From NCBI GenBank assembly GCA_964036045.1, contig OZ038378.1, forward strand, positions 16,616,001 to 16,680,000: a stretch of DNA of 64,000 nt. Direction: 5' to 3'. Each line of letters opens with the position of its first letter. Within the stretch, counting starts at the first letter, position 1. The notes below the pieces were generated by a model. The model was not told the origin of the DNA. It made no database searches and saw only the letters and a list, made by a program, of their open reading frames with translations. This document shows positions 1 to 11,355 of this stretch, piece by piece. Source of the stretch: Eutreptiella sp. 'Long Island Sound 2002' (Eukaryota > Protista > Euglenida). A program made the translations under genes and the position numbers.

Positions 1-1159
1 TCATCATGTATCTGCTCCTCTTGTTAACCACCACACAGGGGCGAACCTCTGGGTGCTGGCGTGGGCATCCTAAACCCGCTTTTGTAGTGAAAAAACGATG
101 TCAACAATGGTTGAAGTGGCTTGCAACCCCAGAATACGTTGAAGAACCTCCCCTAACAGGCCCAACTCAACAACAAGAACAACAAAACAGGAAGATGTAA
201 CGAAAGTAGTGAACGCGTAGCAACTTTTGGGGGGCTGTCTTGAGTAGTCTAGCCAAAGTTAGGGAGGGCGACGGATGGGTCCACACAAAGCAGCGCTTAG
301 AACCTGCCCAGAGCCATCCTGCACAAGCCAAATTATCGAAAGGATGAAGATCAAGAAGGAAGTGGTGACATTCAAGAGCCCTAGCAGAGAGAGCGAAGTT
401 AATGCTCAATAGAAAGATGTGCAAACGCAGTAACGCAGTCTGCTAGCTCTTGTTTTTGGTTGAGCTGTGGCAGTGTTTAAGCATAATCCTCATCCTAAAA
501 TTCTGCAATTCCTCGGCCCATTCTTGCCAAATGCCCAATCTCATTTGCATGATATGATGGAGAGGTCCACATTGGACCGCGTAACCGAGTGAATGGCTTG
601 TGGCATGAGCGTGTTGTGCTTTGACCTTTGCCATGCATTGTGTCTCTTCCTAACTGTCCACGAAGGGTGGTTGGTTGTGGTCGTAATCACTTTTGTTGTG
701 GCTGAGCACCTAAGGTTGTGCCTCTGACTTGTGGCTTAGCATTGGAAATGAAACTCTTGTGTGCCAGCCTGTTTGGTTGTTGCTGCTACCCGTGTTGCCA
801 GTTTGCAAGGTTTCAAGGCACTGTTCCACGCTATGCACAAATATGCCTCTTGAAGCAAAAGCCCACTCTTGCAAAAAGAACACATAAGAACCGAATTGGC
901 TTAGTGTTGCTGGTGCCACAGCTATCCCAAAAAGCCACGCACCTTCGTTGGATGAGCATTGCTGAATTGTCATTGTTGTTGCCTGGGTTGGATCACGACT
1001 GGAGGCAAGATGTCTTGCAGTGTGTTTCATTCAGTGTTGCAAGGAGTCTGTAACCGACAGTAAATTTCTGTAACTGACCTGAAAAAGAACCACCTTTACA
1101 ATTGCTGTTTTTGCGAAGCCGGCCGAATTTCGGGCCATGGTACACTTCCACACCGGTAC

Positions 1160-1397
1160 ATGGCCACAGACTCTATCACAATGTCAGACAACCGGTTTGA
1201 TGATTCTTCGGCCCTCAAAGAGTTTCTCCTATCAAGAGGGGTTGACGAACAGCATGCTGCACAAGCTGCAACTGCCCTTTTTGCAGCAGACTTCAAAACT
1301 AAGAACACCTTGTACAACATCACAGCTGCTGACCTCCGCCCACCTCTGTCTGTTCCACTCAGCAACGCAATTGTGAGCGCATGCCACCAGCAACAAG
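1160..1397 (+). CDS. Candidate first exon encoding a small alpha-helical SAM-like domain, reminiscent of Crinkler/RHS-type (CR) effector header domains; copies at 25664-25901 and 45809-46046
   Basis: ORF ...SALKEFLLSRGVDEQHAAQAATALFAADFKTKNTLYNITAADLRPPLSVPLSNAIVS...HQQQ has protein-like composition. Phase-1 GT donor at 1398 (CAACAAG|GT). The family resemblance is from memory, not a search. Confidence 0.45.
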
Positions 1398-2836
1398 GTG
1401 CACAACCTTCCCCGTGGCCGGTAGTCGGGTGATGAGGTACTGTTTGTGAAGCAAACACCCACTGCAGGTGCGCACGCCACTTTGAGCTGCGCATGGACAC
1501 GTGGGCTTGGGTGTCCATATGGGGTGTACTGCACAAAACAGCAAGATGTCCTTGCTGTATTTGCAGGTGACAGTGTGTTGGCCGAATTTTCGGCCAAGCC
1601 ACAAAATTTGGACTTTTAATAGCCCATATTTTTAGCAAGGGCCACACTTCTGATTGCTTTGTAGAGATTTTATGCAGTTCTTTGTCCAACATCGCGTTGG
1701 AGAGGAACAATGGTCTCTGGCGACCGGGTGGTGGTCACTGTAAAGCACATCGGATCTGCCTGATCTTCTCGTGCCCGTAAAGTGGGTACAGTACGCAGCA
1801 TCAACGTGAGTCAACCAGAGCGATCCGACTGCATGCTACATAGGCGCCTAAGAGCCGCACGTACACCCACATGCCTGCGCCGGCGCTGCAAGCGGCAGGC
1901 ACTCATTAGGCCACGTTGATGCTCTGGCTACGACACATCCTGCCACATAGATACATGCAATGCCCTCTACATAACCCAAAAAACCGCAGAGGGGAGGGCG
2001 CGCTGACCCTTGGGAGTTGGCTGAGACCTCCAGGGCCTCACCTGCTCGGCTTGAGACCGAGGGCACGGGGGTTACGCACAAAATTGGGCGTCATGCTTTG
2101 AGTTCTGAAATCACAGCCTCGCTTGTGTATGACAAGTGTAACGACAGCAAAGACAGAAGACCAACCGTCCCTTGGTTTTGCGTTTCGGGTTGCTCCTTGA
2201 AAGCATGGCGGCATGGACCGCATGCAAAGCAGCTGTTTGCTACTTCGGCAAGAGGTACTACCAGCGATGTAGCGTCATGGGGCCAACCAAGCACACCCCA
2301 TGGACCCAGCAAGATAGGCCAGAGCTCGAGCCAGCCCACCAGCCAGTCTCCTCACAGGCGCAACAAAGGTGCATCTTCCGGCAGTCTGAACACATGTATT
2401 CATTGCCAAGCACCCACGCAACCTACCGTGCCTGGCATGTTCTTTGTTGCCATGCCTTCTGCCTCCAAGGTTGCAACAAGTGTGCTTGCGTGTGGTTGTA
2501 TGTTGAAGAATGTTCATATTTTTCGCTGTGACAGCATTTCATGTCACTTGACCAACAGTCCAATAGAGAATACCAGAGACACACTGCGCAAGCTGCAGTT
2601 GGGGTCATAGAGGTGGTGCCGAGTTGGGACCCCGTATGCCATCATAGATTCCAAGTTGGGACCCCCACGTAGCACCATCGATGGGCCAGTTGGGGCGCCC
2701 ATGTGACAGACACCAAATGTGACAGCCCCCCCCCCCCCCCCCTGGCACCGTTAGTGCCAACCCCCCACTCCTCACTGCTTTGGCACAAGTGCCCCCCCCT
2801 TCGGCTTTGTCGTGACCGCCCCTTGGTTTGCATCAG

Positions 2837-3025
2837 ATTTGGAGCAAAGGAATGTTACCCTGAAGCAAGAGAAAGTTGCCGTGGAGCAAGAGAAAGTTGC
2901 CCTGAAGCAAGAGAAAGATGCCCTGAAGCAAGAGAAAGATGCCCTGAAGCAAGAGAACGATGCCCTGCAACATGCATTGACGGTACAACATGCATTGACG
3001 GATGTACAAAGGAGGTTGCAAAGCA
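2837..3025 (+). CDS. Symmetric phase-1 coiled-coil exon A (5 heptads); copies at 27340-27528 and 47483-47671
   Basis: TTTGCATCAG|AT acceptor and GCA|GTATGT donor; 189 nt; encodes DLEQRNVT-LKQEKVA-VEQEKVA-LKQEKDA-LKQEKDA-LKQENDA-LQHAL. Confidence 0.6.
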
Positions 3026-3275
3026 GTATGTACCTTGTAGCAAGGCTTCAGAAATTGGTCGCAAGCAACCGAGCCATGCGCTCCCACACCACGTCGCTTT
3101 TTTGTTACACCGTTTACGCCTTCATTCGACGTGTTACTGGTGGGTGTTGGTGTGTACAAGTGCCAAAATGGGACCTCCGGTTGGCACCACATATTGTCTT
3201 TTTGTCAAAATTCTGTTGCAAACGAGTGAAACCCCTGTTTGTGGATTTTTTTTTGCAGGAAATGTTTTAACTTAC

Positions 3276-3359
3276 TAGAGGGATATATCGTGAATGCCCC
3301 TGGATATATCCTGGATGCACCGAGCTGCATCTCCAATGTGCTGGGATATATCCGGTGCA
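3276..3359. repeat. Second 21-nt-period array with palindromic GGATATATCC cores; also near 4960, 27780, 47925 and 49670
   Basis: Cores at 3281 (GGATATATCG variant), 3302 and 3344, i.e. spacing 21 and 42. The minus strand reads IAPDISQ-HIGDAAR-CIQDISR-GIHDISL. Confidence 0.8.
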
Positions 3360-4606
3360 ATGTCCCCTAGGGGGGAGCGGGGATACCGTCACTTTCATGA
3401 CCGTTCCCCCCTCCATGGGGGTTTACTGTCCCAACAAAAGGAAGGTGCTTTCATGGGGCGGGGGGGGCGGGGTATAAATGAGTCAAGCATAATTCCTGCC
3501 TGAAACCAGAAAAATGCACAATGTAGTAAAAAAACCAAAGAACCAAGACCCCACCCAAATGTAACGTAGGGCATTGAGCAGCAGCAGGCATGATGTTCGT
3601 CTTTCGGGGTTGTGTTCATGGATCCTGCTTGACATGGTACCTCAAATTCCGCTGCTCGGTGACAAATGGTTTGTTTGTGGTAGCTGCTTCATGGCAGGAG
3701 ACGGACAAGTGCAAGTTTGTCGGATGTGGTTGTTGCAGCTCTGCATTTGTGTTGAAATTTTCACCTACTTGCAACACCCCGTCGGCAACACAGTCGGCGT
3801 GATGGGTGCCACAAAGACGACACAGACATTCGCAACAAGAGGACACAATTCATGCTTTGAGTTCTGAAATCACAGCCTCGCTTGTGTATGACAAGTGTAA
3901 CAGCAGCAAAGACGGAAGACCAACCGTCCCTTGGTTTTGCGTTTCGTGTTGCTCCTTGAAAGCATGGCGGCATGGACCGCATGCAAAGCAACTGTTTGCT
4001 ACTTCGGCAAGAGGTACTACCAGCGATGTAGCGTCATGGGGCCAACCAAGCACACCCCATGGACCCAGCAAGATAGGCCAGAGCTCGAGCCAGCCCACCA
4101 GCCAGTCTCCGCACAGGCGCAACAAAGGTGCATCTTCCGGCAGTCTGAACACATGTATTCATTGCCAAGCACCCACGCAACCTACCGTGCATCACCCCAG
4201 CCATTCTGGCATGTTCTTTGTTGCCATGCCTTCTGCCTCCAAGGTTGCAACAAGTGTGCTTGCGTGTGGTTGTATGTTGAAGAATGTTCATATTTTTCGC
4301 TGTGACAGCATTTCATGTCACTTGACCAACAGTCCAATAGAGAATACCAGAGACACACTGCGCAAGCTGCAGTTGGGGTCATAGAGGTGGTGCCGAGTTA
4401 GGACATCATAGATTCCAAGTTGGGACCCCCACGTAACACCATCGATGGGCCAGTTGGGGCGCCCATGTGACAGACACCAAATGTGACAAACCGCCCTCTT
4501 TGGCACCGTTAGTGCCAACCCCCCCCTCCCCCCCACCCCCCACTGCTTTGGCACAAGTGCCCCCCCCCCTTCGGCACTGTTGTGACCGCCCCTTGGTTTG
4601 CATCAG

Positions 4607-4714
4607 ATTTGGAGCAAAGGAATGTTGCCCTGGAGCAAGAGAAAGTTGCCCTGAAGCAAGAGAAAGTTGCCCTGCAACGTGCATTGACGGATGCACAAAG
4701 GAGGTTGCAAAGCA
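4607..4714 (+). CDS. Symmetric phase-1 coiled-coil exon B (2 heptads); the 49253-49423 copy has 5 heptads and an in-frame TAA at 49282
   Basis: Same splice signals as exon A; 108 nt versus 171 nt in copy 3. Confidence 0.5.
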
Positions 4715-6509
4715 GTATGTACCTTGTAGCAAGGCTTCAGAAATTGGTCGCAATCAACCGAGCCATGCGCTCCCACACCACGTCGCTTTTTTGTTACACC
4801 GTTTACGCCTTCATTTGACGTTTTACTGGTGGGTGTTGGTGTGTACAAGTGCTAAAATGGGACCTCCGGTTGGCACCAAATTTTTTGTCAAAATTCTGTT
4901 GCAAACGAGTGAAACCCCTGTTTGTGAATTTTTTTTGGCAGGAAATGTTTTAACCTACTAGAGGGATATGTCGTGAATGCCCCTGGATATATCCTGGATG
5001 CACCGAGCTGCATCTCCAATGTGCTGGGATATATCCGGTGCAATGTCCCCTAGGGGGGAGCGGGGATACCGTCACTTTCATGACCGTTCCCCCCTCCATG
5101 GGGGTTTACTGTCCCAACAAAAGGAAGGTGCTTTCATGGGGCGGGGGGGGCGGGGTATAAATGAGTCAAGCATGATTCCTGCCTGAAACCAGGAAAATGC
5201 ACAATGTAGTAAAAAAACCAAAGAACCAAGACCCCACCCAAATGTAACGTAAGGCATTGAGCAGCAGCAGGCATGATGTTCGTCTTTCGGGGTTGTGTTC
5301 ATGGATCCTGCTTGACATGGTACCTCAAATTCCGCTGCTCGGTGACAAATGGTTTGTTTGTGGTAGCTGCTTCATGGCAGGAGACGGACAAGTGCAAGTT
5401 TGTCGGATGTGGTTGTTGCAGCTCTGCATTTGTGTTGAAATTTTCACCTACTTGCAACACCCCGTCGGCAACACAGTCGGCGTGATGGGTGCCACAAAGA
5501 CGACACAGACATTCGCAACAAGAGGACACAATTCATGCTTTGAGTTCTGAAATCACAGCCTCGCTTGTGTATGACAAGTGTAACAGCAGCAAAGACGGAA
5601 GACCAACCGTCCCTTGGTTTTGCGTTTCGTGTTGCTCCTTGAAAGCATGGCGGCATGGACCGCATGCAAAGCAACTGTTTGCTACTTCGGCAAGAGGTAC
5701 TACCAGCGATGTAGCGTCATGGGGCCAACCAAGCACACCCCATGGACCCAGCAAGATAGGTCAGAGCTCGAGCCAGCCCACCAGCCAGTCTCCTCACAGG
5801 CGCAACAAAGTTGCATCTTCCGGCAGTCTGAACACATGTATTCATTGCCAAGCACCCACGCAACCTACCGTGCCTGGCATGTTCTTTGTTGCCATGCCTT
5901 CTGCCTCCAAGGTTGCAACAAGTGTGCTTGCGTGTGGTTGTATGTTGAAGAATGTTCATATTTTTCGCTGTGACAGCATTTCATGTCACTTGACCAACAG
6001 TCCAATAGAGAATACCAGAGACACACTGCGCAAGCTGCAGTTGGGGTCATAGAGGTGGTGCCGAGTTAAGACCCCGTATGCCATCATAGATTCCAAGTTG
6101 GGACCCCCACGTAGCACCATCGATGGGCCAGTTGGGGCGCCCATGTGACAGACACCAAATGTGACACCCTCCCCTTTGGCACCGTCAGTGCCAACCCCCC
6201 CCCCCCCCCACCCCCCACTGCTTTGGCACAAGTGCCCCCCCCCCCCCCCCAGGGCGTTGCTTTAATTTTCAATCTGACCGGGGGCGGGGGGGGCTCCCCC
6301 CTGGACCCCCTCCCCCCCTCCCCTGCACCCCCTCCCCCCCTCCCCTGCACCCCCTCCCCTCCTCTCCCCTTCGCTCCAAATCACCTAAAAATCAAGGTTC
6401 TGGGAATTTTTTTTTGCTTGTGCACGAAAAAACCCTCCTGCGCCTTCGGCGCACCATTACCAGCGTACTTTTGTCATTCCCCTTGTATCCTTTGTCCCCT
6501 GTCCCACAG

Positions 6510-6929
6510 ATATCATGTCACAAACGTCCATAAGTGCGTTCTTTGGCTCCCCGTTCCAACCGTGCCCCTGTGCAAAACGCGACGACGTTATAATCGCGAT
6601 CCTCTCTTTTCGTTTTCAAGATCGATGGACTGGGAAGAAAAGGCAAGAGGCATACAATGCTGCACAGAAAGCATGTGCCACACTTTCTCTAAACAGTCCA
6701 ATGGCAACTCTGTGCGAGTTTGTACGACAAGCAGCCATAATGGCGCAACAAGACTGCAAGGTGCGCTGCCTGCCTCATGAGATCCTGCTCATGCAGCCTG
6801 TTCTGTGCGCACGCTGGGCAGCACAACTGCCACGAACACGCGCTCAGTTGCAACATGCGTATTTTTGGTCTTTCACAGCCCCAACAAAAGATGTGTTGCA
6901 TTACCTTTTCTTCCGACATTATGACAAAA
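6510..6929 (+). CDS. Candidate exon of unknown function, present only in C units; copies at 29327-29746 and 51222-51641
   Basis: Polypyrimidine CCCACAG|AT acceptor; open frame DIMSQTSISAFF...AQQDCK...RHYDK. Possible GT donors at 6761 (phase 0) or 6930 (phase 1, which makes the exon symmetric). Confidence 0.45.
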
Positions 6930-7119
6930 GTATATGCTGACCGGGTCATTGTGATACAATTTTGCAATTCCTTGGGTGTTTGTTGCATTCCGACCGGGGG
7001 GGGGGGCTCCCCCCTGGACCCACTCCCCCCTCCCCCCCCCCCCCCGCTCAAGCAACGCCCTGCCCCCCCCCCCCCCCCCCCCCTCGGCTTTGTCATGACC
7101 GCCCCTTGGTTTGCATCAG

Positions 7120-7353
7120 ATTTGGAGCAAATGAATGTTACCCTGAAGCAAGAGAAAGTTGCCGTGGAGCAAGAGAAAGTTGCCCTGAAGCAAGAGAAAG
7201 ATGCCCTGAAGCAAGAGAAAGTTGCCGTGGAGCAAGAGAAAGTTGCCCTGAGGCAAGAGAAAGTTGCCGTGGAGCAAGAGAAAGTTGCCCTGAAGCAAGA
7301 GAATGATGCCCTGCAACATGCATTGACGGATGTACACAGGAGGTTGCAAAACA
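7120..7353 (+). CDS. Symmetric phase-1 coiled-coil exon C (8 heptads); copies at 29933-30166 and 51833-52066
   Basis: CATCAG|AT acceptor and ACA|GTATGT donor; 234 nt; eight 21-bp units of CC(C/G)TG(A/G)AGCAAGAGAAAG(T/A)TG type. Confidence 0.6.
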
Positions 7354-7679
7354 GTATGTACCTTGTAGCAAGGCTTCAGAAATTGGTCGCAAGCAACCGA
7401 GCCATGCACTCCCACACCACGTCGCTTTTTTGTTACACCGTTTACGCCTTCATTCGACGTTTTACTGGTGGGGTTGGTGTGTATCTGTTGTGCAAAGTTG
7501 CCAGGTATTCACTTTGGATGAGACAAGAAGATTGGGGAGGTTTCGGCTGCGCCCAGATTGCAGACTGGGCATTGAGGGTGGAAGCAAACAATGAGCGTCC
7601 GTTTCGCTACATGGGACGGATCACCTGGTTGTGGAAGTGGCATGATTCTTAGGTGCTTCTTTGTAGAGGCTCATTGTAG

Positions 7680-7840
7680 ATCCCGGGGGGGGGGGGGGGC
7701 GGCCGGGCCCGGTCCTTGTATGCGACACCCCCCAGCCCCCCCCCCCCCCCCCGGTTTTGAAAGATAGTGGTGCCGGGTCGGCCACCAACAAGTGTCCCTA
7801 GAGAAAACTGTCCGGCGCCAAAGGCGCCAATTTTTTTTTC
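7680..7840. repeat. Short dispersed repeat family: polyG-GGTCCTTGT-polyC-GGTTTTGA(A/G)AGATAG...GGCGCC-polyT
   Basis: Copies at ~30495, ~52395 (duplication copies) and a diverged independent copy at ~57945-58070. Partial copies near 12015, 32175 and 55060. Confidence 0.65.
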
Positions 7841-7955
7841 ATACTACGTGTTTACACTCAAAATACTCAAAATTTTGTAGAGAATTCATATTTGCGTTAA
7901 CACAACAAGAAAAAAAATTGACCTGAAGGAGGGCTACAGGAGGGCTGCAGCCCCT

Positions 7956-8415
7956 AACAGCAACCCTAACCCTAACCCTAGCCCTAAGCCTAATCAAGAC
8001 TGAATATTGGGACCGAGCTGGTGGGGGAGGGAACATCGGCTATGACTGGTGAGGGACATCAAGAAGGATTCACACATTGATGGCTCTTGACAAAGTGAAA
8101 TCAGCTTGCACGTGAACCCCATCACCACGAGGCCCACTTTCAAGGCTTTTTGGACTTCTGAGGGGCCAAAATGCCCCAAAATGGGCTCAAAATGGGCTCA
8201 TTTCACCCGTTTGTGCACCCCAAATGGTCTAGGATGACATTTGGAAAAATGCGTTTTTGACCCATTTTTGACCCATTTTTGGTCCCAAAACAGCCCATTT
8301 GCAAAGGATTTTGGGATTTTTGAAGGACCAAAATGGGCTCATTTCACCCGTTTGTGCACCCCAAATGGTCTAGGATGACGTTTGAAAAAATGCGTTTTTG
8401 ACCCATTTTTGACCC
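7956..8415. repeat. Truncated fragment of the 1167-bp TAACCC-containing repeat; a second fragment at 30768-31219
   Basis: Matches 53811 onward with few SNPs. Telomere-like AACCCTAACCCTAACCCTAGCCCTAAG at 7962-7992 and 30774-30804. Confidence 0.9.
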
Positions 8416-8466
8416 AGGAGCACTGGGGGCGCTGCTAGGACGATCATCTCCAACATCTGAGGTGAC

Positions 8467-9412
8467 CTATGGAGTATCAAAGTAGAGAGGGCAAAAAGAC
8501 GACCACAATTTGCGCTGAACCTCTTTCTTATGAAGGAGCGTCACCGTCCCATCGAACACCATAGTCTGTGTGCCCACCGCCCGGATGACGGCTACCATGC
8601 TTTCGATCAAATGGTATTTACTGGGCAGCTCCTTGAAGCTCTCTTGATTCTTGCGCTTGGCTTGCGAAACTACTGCTTGGATTATCGACTTCTCTTGCGT
8701 AGGGGTGAGCTTGAGCACAATGTCAGACCACTTCATGGTGAGAGCGTGTGGCTTGAGTTTGTGTACAACACTAACCACCTCGGAGTCAACCCGATCAGCC
8801 TGGAGGGCAAGGGACATGATCGGAGCACGTAGGCTGTGTGGCCGTAGCCAAAGGGCCAACAACTCCTGAACTCCATAGCCTCCTTTTGGGTCCCAACGGA
8901 CGTACTCTGGTGAATCGGGAACATTGCCGAGAGTCCCGCAACCAACCGGAATAGATGCCATGCCGCTCTGTATGACCAAGAAGGCACAAAAGCAACATCA
9001 TCAAAGGGACACGTACTGTCAGCACATTGCTGCACAGACGAGATGCATTTACAGCTTGAAGCACGGCAGCAACAGGACTCTCTCCCTGACTTGCTCCTGC
9101 ACTAGGTTCACAGCTTGCAATCTGAACTCTAGTTGGCGAGACTCTCTCTTTGACCCAATACAGACCGTTCGTGGGACACATAACAAGGCCCTCACTAATT
9201 ATTGGCCGTTGCACGGTCAGCTTACTGCCAACTACATCAAGGGCACTGCACAAAGACATGCGACCATTGCCCTCAGCACCATGCACCCTGGTTGTTGCAC
9301 CGCATAGTGTGTTGACCCGCTCCTGCGATGGTTTGCTTGTCGGGGAGTGCACTAGGCACACACCACAGCTCCAGTCGCACCAGTAGCAGTAGTAGCCATC
9401 TGCCTGTAGCAA
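8467..9412 (-). pseudogene. Frameshifted hypothetical protein (Cys-rich N-terminus plus a 170-aa protein-like ORF), single copy in the window
   Basis: Overlapping minus-strand ORFs 8795-9412 (YCYWCDWSCGVC) and 8467-8979. No family recognised. Confidence 0.3.
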
Positions 9413-11355
9413 CTAGCCAACCGAGCCGGGCCCAGAGCCCGCGGTGCACCCACGGCACCTCCCCAGGTGAAGAGCATAGAGATACTCCCTTTGAGCCACC
9501 ATCCAAGCCCCAAGCCGTGCCCAGGAGGCCCCATTGGAGTGGTGCAGTGCAGAGAGTGCACGTGCTAGGGTAGGGTCACTGGTTCACCTGTGGGTCCAAA
9601 AGTGGTCAACAATGAGTTTGTCCAAAGTTGTTCCTAGGCCAATTGGGGAGCTCAAACAAGTGGATTACAGCTATTTTGAGCCATCTTGGACCCCCATGAG
9701 CCCATGCAAGCTCCAAAAAAAGCCTTGAAAGGGGCATTTTTGGGACTGACAGTGTAGCACAGGGGGTCCGCGAGAAATGCGCGTGGAGGCGTGATAGGTG
9801 AGGGATGCGCGGGAAGTGCTACGGGGCATGTTTCCTCAGAGCACAGAGCCATTTTGCACCCATATGAGCACAGACAAGCTCCGAAAAAGCCTTGAAATGG
9901 GCAACTTTGGGAATGACATTGCAGCAAAGCGTGGTCAAGGGTCAAGGGGGAATACGTGGGCAGGGGTGAAAGCAGAGGGGTACGGGAGGAGTGTTGGGAG
10001 GCATGTCTCTCGAGCGAGCAAACGGGACCGAGGAAGGGTTTCAGCGGACCCACTCTTGGAGAGTGGCTACGTGCCATGAGTGAAGGGGATGGCCTACACC
10101 CAGGTCTCCTCGGTCCTGGGGTGCCCACAGAGCCTCAGTATGGCCATGGCGGGAATTGCTTGTGGTTTGCCTGCCACAGTTGACCATCAGCGCATCGATG
10201 GTCATTGTGGGGCATTATGCGCTCGCCACAGAAAGGTTGGTGGGGATCTTGGCAGCAAGGACTATGGAAGCTGCGTCTGGGGAGACACATTGCGGATGCA
10301 TTTGCCCCCATTGTCACCCTGATGGTGAAGAGGTCACGGGGAGCTGAGGGCCTACCCCAGAGGTAGACGTCGGTGCCCATGTACCTCAGTAGCCCTGCTG
10401 GGTATGTCTGCTGCCCCCACCAGCACTGCCCATTGCTGGTCCGGGGTGGCCCAGGACTGGCCTATGCGGCCATTTATTGCCTGGGGTCGGGGACAGCGGC
10501 TGGGGGTCCGCTGTGGACCCATGCTGGATCTTCCTGTCCGGTACCTCTGCCTGGTGGATTCTGTGGAAGTAGGTCCTATGGACGATTAGGACCCTTTGGA
10601 TGAGCCTCTGTAGCCCATGCTGTGTGTGTGCCTGTGTGTGTGTGTGTGTTTGTGTGCTGGTGTGTGTTTGTGTGTGTGTTTAAGTGTCTGTGCGTGTGCG
10701 TTGGCCTGTGCATGTGCAGCATTCATAGTTGTTGAGGGACAAAATGCCGAGGGTGCAGCACAGGTCGAAGCACGCAGTGCGGTGGATCTAGGCTCCCCAG
10801 CTCAAAAATGTACGCTTCTTACGACCCCAAAACACCGGCCCACAACCATCCGTCCAACAGCGCTGGTTTCAATGGCCTGTGAAATAGCACTAATGCAGTA
10901 GGTCTAGTCAGGCTGGTGCTGCATGGAGTGGATTGTCTGGTCTGTTTGGGGCTGTGATGGGGCCGCCGCGAAATCCCGGCTGCACAAAATAATCAAACAT
11001 CTCCGGCCCATGCCGAATGACCCGCATCTACAACCCAAAAGCCAATGATACTGTGGTGAAAAGCGTTCCAAAACGCATCCTTGTTCACTGTCCTTGAAAT
11101 GGACCTTGTTTCAAGTGTTCAGCCAGCATACACCCGCCCCTCAGAGGGCTGCAGGCACCCACAGTGTTAATTCTGCATTCCCAAACACACTGTCGAGGCT
11201 GCATATGCCTGCAGTAATTTAATGATGATTTGACAGGCTCCCAGCACAAAAACGTGCTTGGTGAAGCAAGGTTTCTAGTTTGGTTGCTTTTACGTTATTA
11301 GCTTTACTTTCCGAACGAATGTGTTCATTTTTGTACATGGCAGAACACACCCAGT

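Larger units (their letters stand above)
2091..7470. repeat. Nested ~1.7-kb sub-repeat, units A (2091-3849), B (3850-5532) and C (5533-~7470, with an extra ~0.85 kb); A+C at 26595-30280; A+B+C at 46740-52180
   Basis: TCATGCTTTGAGTTCTG recurs at 2091, 3850, 5533, 26595, 28353, 46740, 48496 and 50252, and the same ORF sets recur. Confidence 0.95.
1..7955. repeat. ~20 kb tandem segmental duplication, copy 1 (right part only; runs off the window start)
   Basis: Position 1 sequence recurs at 24505 and 44650 (ORF MYLLLL at 6, 24510, 44655). Identity ends at GGGCTGCAGCCCCT (7955). Confidence 0.97.

Noticed and set aside
2856-7320. CRISPR-like or guide array suggested by the regular 21-bp repeats
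   Set aside because: The units are directly adjacent with no unique spacers, and no cas or other intact nuclease gene is present. It is a minisatellite.
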